A DNA stretch of 64,000 bases from Tagaea sp. (GTDB lineage: Bacteria; Pseudomonadota; Alphaproteobacteria; CACIAM-22H2), in NCBI GenBank assembly GCA_965279525.1, contig CBDIIB010000005.1, positions 608,001 to 672,000 on the forward strand. The letters are read 5' to 3'. The notes under the pieces are model-generated. The model had not been told where the DNA came from. It saw only the letters and a program-made list of their open reading frames with translations, and made no database searches. The position numbers and the translations under genes were made by a program. Shown one piece after another: positions 52,415 through 62,506 of this stretch (positions within the stretch are counted from its first letter, which is position 1; every line of letters starts with the position of its first letter).

Positions 52415-53635
52415 CTAGCCGTTGCGGGCCGGCTTCACGAGCAGGAAATTGAGGCCGCAGCCGACGACCGCCAGCACGAAGATCGTGGCGCACATCGGCA
52501 CGGGCGTGCCGTCTGCAAGGGCGGCCACCAGCAGGCCGGCGACGGCGCCGACCGCGAACTGCGTGAATCCCGCAAGCGCCGAGGCGGCACCCGCGATCTG
52601 CGGATGGTCGGCGAGTGCGCCCGCCATCGCGTTGGCCGCGATGAGCCCCATGCAGGCAAGGAACAGGAACAGCGGCACGACGATACCGGCAAGCCCGAAG
52701 GCGCCGGTGATGCCGGCGGCAAGCAGCACGGCCGCGAAGCCGACCGAGGCCACCAATCCGATGCGCATCGCCCGGTCGCTGCCATAGCGCAGCGCCAGCC
52801 GGCTGTTGAGATAGCTCGCCGCCATCATGCCCGCGACGTTGAGACCGAACAGGAAGCTGAACATGTCCGGCCCGACACCGAATATCTCGATATAGACGAA
52901 GGGCGTGCCCGATATATACGCGAACATGGCACCCAGCATCCCGGCCCCGCCCGCGACGTACCCCAGATAGCGCCCGTCGCGCATCAGCCGGAGATACGCG
53001 CCCGCAACCGAAGCGGCTCCGGCCGACCGCCGGCGCGCGGCCGGCAGCGTCTCGGGCTGGCGCCACAACGGAAGAAGCGGCAGGAGGCCGAGCAGGCCGA
53101 GAACCACGAAGATCGCGCGCCAGTCGGCGACCTTCAGGATCTGGCTGCCGACGACGGGTGCGAGCATCGGTGCCGCCCCCATCACCAGCATCATCAGCGA
53201 CAGCACGCTGGCACTCCGGTCCTTGTCGAAAACGTCGCGCACCATCGCGCGGGCAAGAACGGTCGCAGCCGCGGCACCCAGCGCCTGCACGACACGCCAC
53301 CCGGCAAGCGCCAGTGCATCACCGGCAAGCCAGCAGCCGACACTGCCCGCGACGAACAGCAGGAGACCGATCAGGCTCGGGCCGCGTCGGCCATACCGGT
53401 CGCCGATCGGACCCCAGATGAGCTGGCCCACCGCGAAGGCGAGGAAGAACCCCGACAGCGAAAGCTGGACTTGGTCCTGATCCGCGGCAAGTGCGCGCCC
53501 GATCGTCGGGAGAGCGGGCAGATACATGTCGACGGCCATCGGCGTGATGGCGAGCAGCATGCCGAGCGTGCCGACGAACGTCGCGTCGCTGCGCCAGCCT
53601 TCCGGTCTCGGTCCGCCCTTCAGGCTGTCGAACAT
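52415..53635 (-). CDS. Bcr/CflA family MFS efflux transporter
   Basis: DMYLPALP, GDRYGRR. Confidence 0.9.
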   Translation of the reverse strand: MFDSLKGGPRPEGWRSDATFVGTLGMLLAITPMAVDMYLPALPTIGRALAADQDQVQLSLSGFFLAFAVGQLIWGPIGDRYGRRGPSLIGLLLFVAGSVGCWLAGDALALAGWRVVQALGAAAATVLARAMVRDVFDKDRSASVLSLMMLVMGAAPMLAPVVGSQILKVADWRAIFVVLGLLGLLPLLPLWRQPETLPAARRRSAGAASVAGAYLRLMRDGRYLGYVAGGAGMLGAMFAYISGTPFVYIEIFGVGPDMFSFLFGLNVAGMMAASYLNSRLALRYGSDRAMRIGLVASVGFAAVLLAAGITGAFGLAGIVVPLFLFLACMGLIAANAMAGALADHPQIAGAASALAGFTQFAVGAVAGLLVAALADGTPVPMCATIFVLAVVGCGLNFLLVKPARNG

Positions 53636-53831
53636 CGTGCGGGGTCTACCTGTCGGTCGGGGCGAGGTCGGATCGCGACTACACTAGAGATCCCGGCTAC
53701 AGAGGCAACCGATGCGGGAGGATGGCCAGCCATGCGCGCATCGCGCGCCTGTTACAGCCCTCGTCGCGCCTGTAACACTGTGGTTCCGTCACGCGCTTGA
53801 ACCGATACCCCGCCGGATCGACAATGGTGCC

Positions 53832-55256
53832 ATGACGACCGATGAAGATACACGCGCCCTGCGGCGCTCGACGCGCATCGTTCCGCTGATCGCCGCAACG
53901 GCGCTGTTCGTCGAAAACCTGAACTCGACCGTCCTGTCGACGGCACTCGTCACGGTCGCGAAGGATTTCGGCGCAGACCCGGTCGTGCTGAAACTTGCAC
54001 TCACGTCGTACCTCGTCTCGCTCGCGGTTTTCGTTCCCGCATCGGGCTGGATCGCCGACCGGTTCGGAACGCGGACCGTTTTCTGCTGGGCGATGGGTGT
54101 ATTCGCCGTCGGCTCCGCCGGCTGCGCAATGTCGGAAGACCTGTGGACGCTGATCGCCGCGCGCGTCGTGCAAGGTGCGGGTGGCGCCATGATGATCCCG
54201 GTCGCGCGCCTCGTCGTGCTGCGCAGCGTGCCCAAGGCGGAACTGGTCGGCGCGCTCGCGATCCTGTCGATGCCCTCGCTGCTGGGGCCGATCGTCGGTC
54301 CACCGGTCGGCGGGTTCTTTGCGACCTATGTCTCGTGGCAGTGGATATTCTGGATCAACCTGCCGCTGACCGCAGCCGGAGTCCTGCTCGCGCGCCGCCT
54401 GCTGCCGCAGATCCGCGCGGAGACGGGATCGGCGTTCGACTTGCGCGGCTTCCTTTTGATCGGCCCGGGTCTGGCCCTGACGCTTACCGGTGTGACGATC
54501 TTCGGTCTCGACCGTATTCCGGCATGGATGGCGGGTGCTTCGTGCGCCGTGGGCCTTCTCCTGGTCGCCGTCTATTGCCGGCACGCACTGGCGATCGACA
54601 ACCCGGTCATCGACCTCCGGCTGCTGCGCATGACGACATTCCGCGTCGGGGTCATCGGCGGCTTCTTGTTCCGCGTCGGAGCGGGCGCCACGCCGTTCCT
54701 GCTGCCGCTGCTGCTGCAGGTCGGCTTCGGGATGAGCGCCTTCGCAAGCGGCACGCTGACATTCGCGACGGGCGTTGGCGCCTTTTCGATGAAACTCGTC
54801 GCGCCGCGCATCCTGCGCGCCGTCGGCTTCCGCCGCGTTCTCGTCTTCAACGGCGTGCTTGCCGCCGCCTTCGTGGCCCTTCCGGCGCTGTTCTGGGCCG
54901 GGATGCCGACGGCGGCGATACTTGTCCTCCTGCTTGCCGGAGGTTTCTCGCGCTCGCTGCAGTTCACGAGTTCCAACGTCGTGCTGTTCGCCGACATAGC
55001 GCCGGGCGACATGGCCCGCGCGACGACGTTCGTGGCGGTGCTGCAGGAACTCTCCGGATCGATCGGCATCGCGCTGGCGGCCCTTGTGCTCGACTGGGCC
55101 ACGCACCGCTCGGCATCCGGCATACTGACCGCTACCGAGTTCGGCTACGCCTTCTGGGTGGCCGGCGGGATCGCGAGCCTCGCAAGCATCGCCTTCCTCG
55201 CGATGCCGGCAAGTGCCGGGGCGTCCCTCGTCGGGCGCGCCAAATCGGGCGGTTGA
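53832..55256 (+). CDS. DHA2-family MFS transporter
   Basis: GWIADRFG, RVVQGAGGA; many TM segments. Confidence 0.9.
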   Translation: MTTDEDTRALRRSTRIVPLIAATALFVENLNSTVLSTALVTVAKDFGADPVVLKLALTSYLVSLAVFVPASGWIADRFGTRTVFCWAMGVFAVGSAGCAMSEDLWTLIAARVVQGAGGAMMIPVARLVVLRSVPKAELVGALAILSMPSLLGPIVGPPVGGFFATYVSWQWIFWINLPLTAAGVLLARRLLPQIRAETGSAFDLRGFLLIGPGLALTLTGVTIFGLDRIPAWMAGASCAVGLLLVAVYCRHALAIDNPVIDLRLLRMTTFRVGVIGGFLFRVGAGATPFLLPLLLQVGFGMSAFASGTLTFATGVGAFSMKLVAPRILRAVGFRRVLVFNGVLAAAFVALPALFWAGMPTAAILVLLLAGGFSRSLQFTSSNVVLFADIAPGDMARATTFVAVLQELSGSIGIALAALVLDWATHRSASGILTATEFGYAFWVAGGIASLASIAFLAMPASAGASLVGRAKSGG

Positions 55257-55271
55257 CTGCCCGCATCCCCT

Positions 55272-57782
55272 TCAGGCCGCTTCTTCGTTGACGATCTCCG
55301 TCGGCAGATCGATGGTCACGGAAGTTCCGTGCCCCAGCTCGGTCTCGATCCCGAACCAGCCACCCTGCCCCTCGACCAGCTGGCGCGTGATCGCCAGCCC
55401 GAGACCCGTGCCTTCGCTGCTCGCGACATCTGGCCGCGTGGCGCGCACGAACGGCCGCCCGATATTCTCCAGCACGTCCGACGCGATGCCGGGCCCCTTG
55501 TCGGTGATGACGAACCGGGCTCGACGGGATTCGCCGCGGACCGAGACCGAGACGGACTGTCCGGCCGGCGAGAACTTGACCGCGTTCGACAGGAGATTGA
55601 GCAGGCATTGCTGCATGGCGCGACGGTCGCACAGGACACGCGTCGCGCATGCGATGTCGTGCGACAGGGATATCCGGCGGTTCGCCGCGATCGGCTGGAT
55701 GAGATCGAGCGCCTGCTCGATCATTTCCGCAGCGGCATGCGGCTCGATCTGGAACCGGAACGCGCCATTCTCGATTTTCGCGAGATCGAGTATGTCGTTG
55801 ACCAGATCCAGAAGATGCATCCCGCTCCGGCGGATGTCGGATATGTAGGCTTCCGTCTTGCCGTTGCCGACTTTTCCGACGCCGAGATTCAAGATGAGCT
55901 CGGAAAAGCCGATGATCGCGTTGAGAGGCGTGCGCAGTTCGTGGCTCATGTTCGCGAGAAACCGCGTTTTCGCCTCGCTCGCCTCCTGCGCGATCCTGAG
56001 CTGTTCGGAAAGCCGGTTCGTCAGCTGCGTCAACTTCTCGTTGGCGAAGTTTATTTCGCTCATGTCCTGTGCGATCGCCGCCACCTCCGGACGTCCCCGA
56101 TATTCGTAGCGCGACAGCGAGATCCGCGCGGGGAAGGCGGAGCCGTCACGCCGCCGCACCTGGATGTTGCCGGCGGGCGCAGCCCTCTCCGCGCGCGAAT
56201 CAGGATCTGAGAAGCAGCTCTCGACGAACACGCGGTCGCTCGGAGAAGCGTCGTCCGGGATCAGTATCTCGATCGGACGGCCGAGTATCTCGGCCCGTGA
56301 CCAGCCGAACAGCCTTTCAGCGGCAGCATTGAACATCGCTATGCGCCGATCGGCGTCGACCGTAAAGATCGCGTCTGGAGCCGAAGCAAGGATCGCGCGA
56401 AGCTGGTCGCGCGTTTCCAGAACCGCCAGGCTCGCTTCGACATGCTCCGTGATGTCCTGCTGTATTCCGATGAAATGCGTGACATGACCCTGGTCGTTGC
56501 GGATCGGTGAGATCCGCAGCCGGTTCCAGAACAGGCTGCCATCCTTTCGCCGATTGCGGATCGTGACTTCGCAGGACATACCGGCAGCAAGCTTGCTCCG
56601 GACTTCGCCGGACGCCGCCTGCGGCTCGATATCCCTGTTCAGGAACCGGCAGTTGCGCCCGATGACCTCGTCTCGCCGATAGCCCGTCAGTTCGTGGAAG
56701 TGGCTGTTGGCATAGACGATCGGGTGGTCGCCGGCCGCCTCGGCGACGACGATACCGCACGTCGCCGAATCCACCGCCAGGCTCTTCAGGGCCAGCTCGG
56801 CGCGCAGCTTCTCCTCATCCGTCACGTCGATCGTCACGCCGACCGCATGCTCGGGCTGGCCGGATCCGCCGACGATGAAGTCGGCGAAGGTCGTGACGTT
56901 GCGGACCTCGCCGGACGGCCGGCGGATCCGATAACCGATCTTGAGCGAAGCCGGTGCGTCGTGCGCCCGCTTGAAGGCATCGCCGACCCGCCCGACATCG
57001 TCTTCGTGGACAAGTTCTCGATAGGTATCGAAGGTGACCTCGAATTTCGCCGGATCCGTCCCCATGATCTGATGTTCGATCGCATCCCAGTCGAGGCGCC
57101 CGGCGCGGAAGTCGTAGTTCCAGACGCCGATCGACGCGATCTGGCGGGCGAGCGTCGAGGTCTGGTCGGCGATCTTCCGGCGGTCGCGCTCGTCGACGAC
57201 GGCCAGCATCTGCTCGAGAAGACAGCCGAGAAGCACGATGCCGATCAGGTTGCCCAAGGCAAGGACGTGCCAGAACCGCCCGAGAATGCTGATCCCGCGC
57301 TCGATTGATTGGCCGATGAAGAAGGCCGGCAGCACCGCGACCGTCGCAAGAGCGGCAAGCGCCGCGAATCGTAAAAGCCCGATCTCGCCGGTCCTGCGAT
57401 GCCGGATCGCATGGGCAAAGGCGATTCCCGCAGCGGCATAGAACAGGAAGCTCGCCGCGCCGCCGATCGCCGCGGGACCGCCCACATTGTAACGCGCCAC
57501 GGCGCCGAGGCCGGCTGCGAGCAGGCTGCCGAGCGGCCCCGCGAACACGCCGGCCAGCACGATCGGCGCGGCGCGCGTGTCGAAAGTGGCACCCAGAGGC
57601 CCCGGAACCGGAACCTGCACGACGACGATCGAGATGGCGCCGAGAACCAGTCCGAACGCGAGCTTCTGGACCTGGCTGCGCGGCCGGAGTCCGAAGTTGG
57701 TCACGATGATGAATATCAGGGATGCCGCGAGAGCGAGCAGCCCGATATTCGCCGTCAGGGCCATGAGTGTCGCGGCCTGCAT
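55272..57782 (-). CDS. Sensor histidine kinase: 5TM-LytS-like, PAS, LOV, PAS, HisKA, HATPase
   Basis: GRNCRFLN LOV motif; MSHELRTPLN; GTGLGL. Confidence 0.9.
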   Translation of the reverse strand: MQAATLMALTANIGLLALAASLIFIIVTNFGLRPRSQVQKLAFGLVLGAISIVVVQVPVPGPLGATFDTRAAPIVLAGVFAGPLGSLLAAGLGAVARYNVGGPAAIGGAASFLFYAAAGIAFAHAIRHRRTGEIGLLRFAALAALATVAVLPAFFIGQSIERGISILGRFWHVLALGNLIGIVLLGCLLEQMLAVVDERDRRKIADQTSTLARQIASIGVWNYDFRAGRLDWDAIEHQIMGTDPAKFEVTFDTYRELVHEDDVGRVGDAFKRAHDAPASLKIGYRIRRPSGEVRNVTTFADFIVGGSGQPEHAVGVTIDVTDEEKLRAELALKSLAVDSATCGIVVAEAAGDHPIVYANSHFHELTGYRRDEVIGRNCRFLNRDIEPQAASGEVRSKLAAGMSCEVTIRNRRKDGSLFWNRLRISPIRNDQGHVTHFIGIQQDITEHVEASLAVLETRDQLRAILASAPDAIFTVDADRRIAMFNAAAERLFGWSRAEILGRPIEILIPDDASPSDRVFVESCFSDPDSRAERAAPAGNIQVRRRDGSAFPARISLSRYEYRGRPEVAAIAQDMSEINFANEKLTQLTNRLSEQLRIAQEASEAKTRFLANMSHELRTPLNAIIGFSELILNLGVGKVGNGKTEAYISDIRRSGMHLLDLVNDILDLAKIENGAFRFQIEPHAAAEMIEQALDLIQPIAANRRISLSHDIACATRVLCDRRAMQQCLLNLLSNAVKFSPAGQSVSVSVRGESRRARFVITDKGPGIASDVLENIGRPFVRATRPDVASSEGTGLGLAITRQLVEGQGGWFGIETELGHGTSVTIDLPTEIVNEEAA

Positions 57783-57861
57783 TGCATGCTGCTCCTGCGG
57801 CAAGCCTTGGTTCTCCGTTCCACCGGTAAATCCAGCGGACGGCCCTATCGTGCGCGGCGCG

Positions 57862-59355
57862 TCAGGCGGCGAGTGCCGCCGACGCTTCGCGCGCTTCCTT
57901 CGTCGAGCGGTCGGCAGAGCCGGTCGCCTGCGCGATCGCCTTGACGCTGTTGGTGATGTTTTCAACGGCGACAGCCGCCGTCTGCATGTTCTGCGACATG
58001 TCGCGGGTAACCGCGCTCTGCTCCTCCACCGCACTCGCCGTCGAACCGACATACTCGCGGACCGATTCGATAGACTGGCGGATGTTCGCCAGTCCTTCGA
58101 CGACCTCCTTCGCGATCACCTGGAGTCCGCCGATTTCCGTCCCGATCTTCTCGGTGGCTTCGGCTGCCTGGCGCGCGAGATTCTTCACCTCCGAGGCGAC
58201 CACCGCAAAGCCCTTTCCGGCATCGCCCGCACGCGCCGATTCGATCGTCGCGTTCAGTGCCAGGAGGTTGATCTGGCCCGCGATGTTCTGGATCAGCGAT
58301 ACGATGCCGGTCATGGCTTGTGCGGCGGCAGTCATGCGCTGGGTCGATGCGTCCGCCTCGCCGGCACGCCGGAAGGCATGATCGGCTTCGGTCCGCGACT
58401 TGCTCATGCTCTGCGATATCTCGAGGACGGAGGCGTTGAGCTGCTCGGCGCCCGCCGCCACCGCCTGCACGTTTGCGGTCGTCTGCGTCGAAGCCGACGC
58501 GGCCGATGTCGCCTGCGCGCTGGCATCCGAAACGGCGGTGTCGATCACGGTCAGGCTTTCGTCGATCATCTTGCGCGCCTTCTCGTTCTTCTGGCGGGCA
58601 ATGACGAGCGCCGTCACGTCGGTCGCGAACTTGACGACCTTGAAGGGCTTGCCGTTCATGTCGAGGATCGGATTGTACGAGGCCTGGATCCAGATCTCGC
58701 GTCCGCCCTTGCCGATGCGCTTGAACTCGTCGGACTTGTACTCGCCGCGGCGGAGTCCCTCCCAGAACTGGGCGTACTCCCTGCCGCGCTTGTACTCCGG
58801 TTCGACGAACATGCTGTGATGCTGGCCGCGGATCTCCTCGATCGTGTAGCCCACGGCGCCGAGAAAATTCTGGTTGGCGTCGATGATCTTGCCGTCGAGA
58901 TCGAACTGAATGACGGCCGACGAGCGGCCGATCGCCGCGATCTGGCCTTCGAAGTCGGCACTGCGCAGCTTGTCCTTTGTCACGTCCGAGGCGAATTTCA
59001 CGACCCGTACCGGCTTGCCGGAACCGTCGAGGATCGGATTGTACGAGGCACGGATCCAGATTTCCCTGCCGTCCTTTCCAAGGCGCCGGTACTCGGCCGC
59101 CTGGAACTCGCCGCGATTGAGACGCGCCCAGAATTCGGCGTAGGCCGGGCTGCTACGCTCGGCGGGATCGACGAACATGCTGTGGTGCTTGCCGGCGATC
59201 TCCGCGAGCGTATAGCCGAGCGTGTCGAGGAAATTCTTGTTGGCAGTGACGATGGTGCCGTCGAGCTTGAATTCGATGATGGCCTGCGAACGGTCGAGCG
59301 CCGCAAGCTTGCCTTGGAGGTCTGACTTGTCGGCGCTGCTGGCGAATCCGAACAT
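57862..59355 (-). CDS. Soluble PAS-PAS methyl-accepting chemotaxis protein
   Basis: Two PAS/PAC repeats (WI.ASYNP); NLLALNATIESARAG. Confidence 0.92.
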   Translation of the reverse strand: MFGFASSADKSDLQGKLAALDRSQAIIEFKLDGTIVTANKNFLDTLGYTLAEIAGKHHSMFVDPAERSSPAYAEFWARLNRGEFQAAEYRRLGKDGREIWIRASYNPILDGSGKPVRVVKFASDVTKDKLRSADFEGQIAAIGRSSAVIQFDLDGKIIDANQNFLGAVGYTIEEIRGQHHSMFVEPEYKRGREYAQFWEGLRRGEYKSDEFKRIGKGGREIWIQASYNPILDMNGKPFKVVKFATDVTALVIARQKNEKARKMIDESLTVIDTAVSDASAQATSAASASTQTTANVQAVAAGAEQLNASVLEISQSMSKSRTEADHAFRRAGEADASTQRMTAAAQAMTGIVSLIQNIAGQINLLALNATIESARAGDAGKGFAVVASEVKNLARQAAEATEKIGTEIGGLQVIAKEVVEGLANIRQSIESVREYVGSTASAVEEQSAVTRDMSQNMQTAAVAVENITNSVKAIAQATGSADRSTKEAREASAALAA

Positions 59356-59525
59356 GAGCGTCTCCTCCTGAGATTTCTTCTCTCCTCCAGTTAGAGACAC
59401 TATTTGTGTATTAATGATTAACGGATCAGACAGGCGCAATGACGACGGGAACGCGCCCGACATGCACGAGCCGGCGATGTCCGCTCGCGGCGAAGCTCCG
59501 GCGATATGTCCGATGCGTCAGTTCG

Positions 59526-61007
59526 TTAGGTCTGGAGGCGGCGGCCGTAGATACGCATCGCCAAGGGCGCCATCACCGCGATCAATGCGCACGCGAGCAG
59601 CGTCGCGGAGATCGGCCGCGTGAAGAATATCTCGATGCTTCCATGCGACAGCGTCATCGACTGGCGCAACGAATTCTCGAAGATCGTCCCCAGCACGAGC
59701 CCAAGGATCATGGGTGCGGCCGGCCAGTCGTACCGCATCATGGCCCAGCCGAGCGCGCCGAAGCCGACGAGCATCCATACGTCCTCGATCGAGTTCGCCT
59801 GCGAATAGACGCCCGCCACGCACAGCGCCAGGATCGGCGGATAGAGCCACGAATACGGCACGCGCAGCAGCTGCGCGAACAGCCCGGCCAGCGGCAGGTT
59901 CATGACCAGCAGGATCGCGTTGCCGATATACATGCTGGCGATGACGGTCCACACCAGTTCGGCGTTCTTGTCGAACAGCTCCGGCCCTGGGCGGATGCCG
60001 AACATGATGAGGGCGCCGAGGATGATCGCCGTCGTGCCCGAACCCGGGACGCCGAGGGCCAGCATCGGCACCATTGCACCCGCTGCCGCGGCGTTGTTCG
60101 AGGATTCCGGGCCGGCGACGCCTTCGATGGCGCCCTTGCCGAAGCGCGACGGATCCTTGGCGACCTTCTTTTCGACGATATACGAGATGAAAGAGGCGAT
60201 GGTGGCGCCTGTCGCGGGCAGAACGCCGACGACGAAACCGATGATGCTCCCCCGCAGGATCGGCATGCGGCTTTGCTTCCATTCGGCGCGCGAGGGCAGC
60301 AGGTTCTTGATGGTCGTGATCGGTCTCGGCGTGGTCATGCCGGCACTCGAAAGCACTTCGCCGACGCCGAACAGGGCGACCGTCAGCACGATGAATCCCA
60401 CCCCGTCGAGCAGCCAGATCCTGTCGAAGGCGAAACGCGCGACACCCGTCTGCTGGTCGATGCCGATCGTGCTGATGAGCAGGCCTGCCATGCCGGTCGT
60501 CAGGCCCTTCAGCACCGATCCGCCGACCGCGGCTAGTGCGGTGAGGCCGAGAACGACAAGCGCGAAATACTCCGGCGGGCCGAAGGCAAGTGCCGCCTTG
60601 GCCAAGGGCGGGGCCAGCAGCATGAGCCCGATCGTCGAAATGGTTCCGGCAATGAACGAGCCGATCGCGGCGATCCCCAGTGCCGCACCGGCACGGCCTT
60701 GCAGGGCCATCTGATAGCCGTCGATGCTGGTCATCACGCTTGAAGGCTCGCCCGGAACGCTGATGAGCACCGACGTGAGCGTCCCGCCATACTGCGCGCC
60801 GTAATAGATGCCCGCGAACAGGATGATCGCCGACGTCGGGTCCGAGCCGAACGTCAGCGGCAGCAGGAGGGCGATCGCCGACGACGGGCCGATCCCCGGA
60901 AGGGCACCGACGAGCTGGCCGGCGAAGACGCCGGCAAAGCACATCAGCAGGTTCCAGGGGGTCAGCGCGCCGGCAAAGCCGGCCGCAAGATCGTAGAGGA
61001 CCGACAT
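59526..61007 (-). CDS. tctA: Tripartite tricarboxylate transporter large permease
   Basis: GALPGIG, YYGAQYGG, GPESSNN, LGVPG. Confidence 0.92.
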   Translation of the reverse strand: MSVLYDLAAGFAGALTPWNLLMCFAGVFAGQLVGALPGIGPSSAIALLLPLTFGSDPTSAIILFAGIYYGAQYGGTLTSVLISVPGEPSSVMTSIDGYQMALQGRAGAALGIAAIGSFIAGTISTIGLMLLAPPLAKAALAFGPPEYFALVVLGLTALAAVGGSVLKGLTTGMAGLLISTIGIDQQTGVARFAFDRIWLLDGVGFIVLTVALFGVGEVLSSAGMTTPRPITTIKNLLPSRAEWKQSRMPILRGSIIGFVVGVLPATGATIASFISYIVEKKVAKDPSRFGKGAIEGVAGPESSNNAAAAGAMVPMLALGVPGSGTTAIILGALIMFGIRPGPELFDKNAELVWTVIASMYIGNAILLVMNLPLAGLFAQLLRVPYSWLYPPILALCVAGVYSQANSIEDVWMLVGFGALGWAMMRYDWPAAPMILGLVLGTIFENSLRQSMTLSHGSIEIFFTRPISATLLACALIAVMAPLAMRIYGRRLQT

Positions 61008-61010
61008 CTC

Positions 61011-61466
61011 TCAGAACCCCCAGGGCCCGACGGGCAACGGCACGCCGAGCCAGGTCCGGAACACGAGCGTGAGGACGAGTGAAGATCCCGCCGCCACGCC
61101 TGCCGACGTGACCAGCGGCAACCGCTCGGCGACGCGGAACAGGAACAGCATCGAGAGGAACATGGAGGCGAAGAATCCGGCGGACTCGATCCCCGCCACA
61201 CCCGCGGCGAGCGCCAGGACGATCATCAGCGGCCGGCCTGGCGGGCTCTTCGCTTCGCCATCGCCGTCCGCCGACAGCACATCGACGGCGGTGGCGGCGA
61301 TGCCGAGCACGGCCAGAAGCACGCCGTAGACGAGTGGCAGGAATCCTGTCGCGGGCGCGAAGCCTTCCCATAACGGAAGACCCGACGCGCCCGCGACCCA
61401 GAAAGCACCCGTCGCGATGAAGACCGTGCAGAGGGCAAGCTCGCCCCCCATGGCGCGAAGCCGCAT
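61011..61466 (-). CDS. tctB: Tripartite tricarboxylate transporter small subunit
   Basis: 4 TM segments, C-terminal LGVPLP; lies between tctC and tctA. Confidence 0.85.
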   Translation of the reverse strand: MRLRAMGGELALCTVFIATGAFWVAGASGLPLWEGFAPATGFLPLVYGVLLAVLGIAATAVDVLSADGDGEAKSPPGRPLMIVLALAAGVAGIESAGFFASMFLSMLFLFRVAERLPLVTSAGVAAGSSLVLTLVFRTWLGVPLPVGPWGF

Positions 61467-61469
61467 CGC

Positions 61470-62441
61470 TCAGGCCGGCTTGCCGAGAAGGTCCCGGTAG
61501 AGCTTTTCCTGGTCTTCAAGGAACTTCGCGAAGGCAGCACCCGGGATCGGGGCTTCCGAGGCGATGTTTTCGGCGATATAGGCCTTGAACGTCGGCGAAG
61601 CGACGACTTTGGCAAACACGCCTTCCCAATAGCGCGCGGCATCGTCCGGTGCGCCCTTGGGCACGGCCATCCCGCGCCACATCTGGAAATTCGGCGCGTT
61701 GAACCCCTGCTCCTTCATCGTCGGCACGTCCGGCAGCGCCGTGAACCGCGTGTCGCGGAACACGCCGAGTGCCCTCACTGCCTTCGACTGCAGATGGCCC
61801 ATGAACTCGAGCGGATTTCCCATGCAAGCCTGCACGTGGCCGCCGAGCAGCTGGGTGAGTGCTTCGCCGCCGCTGTTGAAGTTCAGCATGTTGTATTCGG
61901 CACCGGTCGTCTTGGCGAAGATCGTTACCGCCATCACGTCGGTGGTGCCGCCGGTCGCGAAGGCCAGGGATTTCGGCGGGCGGGACCTGGCGGTCGCGAC
62001 GAAGTCCTTCGAGTCCTTCCAGGGCGCATCGCCCTTCACGAACAGCAGGAAATCGTCGAGCATGACGTTCATCACCGGCCGGACCTCCGACAGCGTCTTG
62101 GCCGCGGGGTTGAGGATCGGCGTGATCTGCGTCGTGCCGTTGACCAAGATGATCGTGTGCGGATCGGCCGCCTTGCGCGAGGTGACGTAGCCCAGACCCG
62201 TCGCGCCGCCGCCACCCGGACGGTTGTTGAGCGCGATGGAGACAGGTACGAGCTTCTCCTCGACGATGATCTTGTGGATCACGCGCGCGAGCAGGTCGGC
62301 ACCGCCGCCGGTCGCGAACGGCACAACGAACTCGACCTCGCGCGTCGGGACCCAGGCACCCTGGGCCGAAGCGCGCGTCGAGGCACCGATAATCGGAGCG
62401 GCCGCGGCCGCCAGCAGGAGCGAACGTCGGGTAATCATCAT
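61470..62441 (-). CDS. tctC: Tripartite tricarboxylate substrate-binding protein (Bug/TctC)
   Basis: VPFATGGGAD, NRPGGGG, LPDVPTM. Confidence 0.9.
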   Translation of the reverse strand: MMITRRSLLLAAAAAPIIGASTRASAQGAWVPTREVEFVVPFATGGGADLLARVIHKIIVEEKLVPVSIALNNRPGGGGATGLGYVTSRKAADPHTIILVNGTTQITPILNPAAKTLSEVRPVMNVMLDDFLLFVKGDAPWKDSKDFVATARSRPPKSLAFATGGTTDVMAVTIFAKTTGAEYNMLNFNSGGEALTQLLGGHVQACMGNPLEFMGHLQSKAVRALGVFRDTRFTALPDVPTMKEQGFNAPNFQMWRGMAVPKGAPDDAARYWEGVFAKVVASPTFKAYIAENIASEAPIPGAAFAKFLEDQEKLYRDLLGKPA

Positions 62442-62506
62442 CGGATCCTCCCTTGTGTTTTGTTGTTTTATGTTCGTTTTACAGACTAGGACGGGTGCTG
62501 CCGTTG

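Noticed and set aside
58620-59300. Internal DNA duplication
   Set aside because: Explained by the two PAS/PAC domains of the MCP.
59405-59425. CtrA site upstream of the chemoreceptor
   Set aside because: The TTAA half-sites are 3 nt apart, not the 7 nt required.
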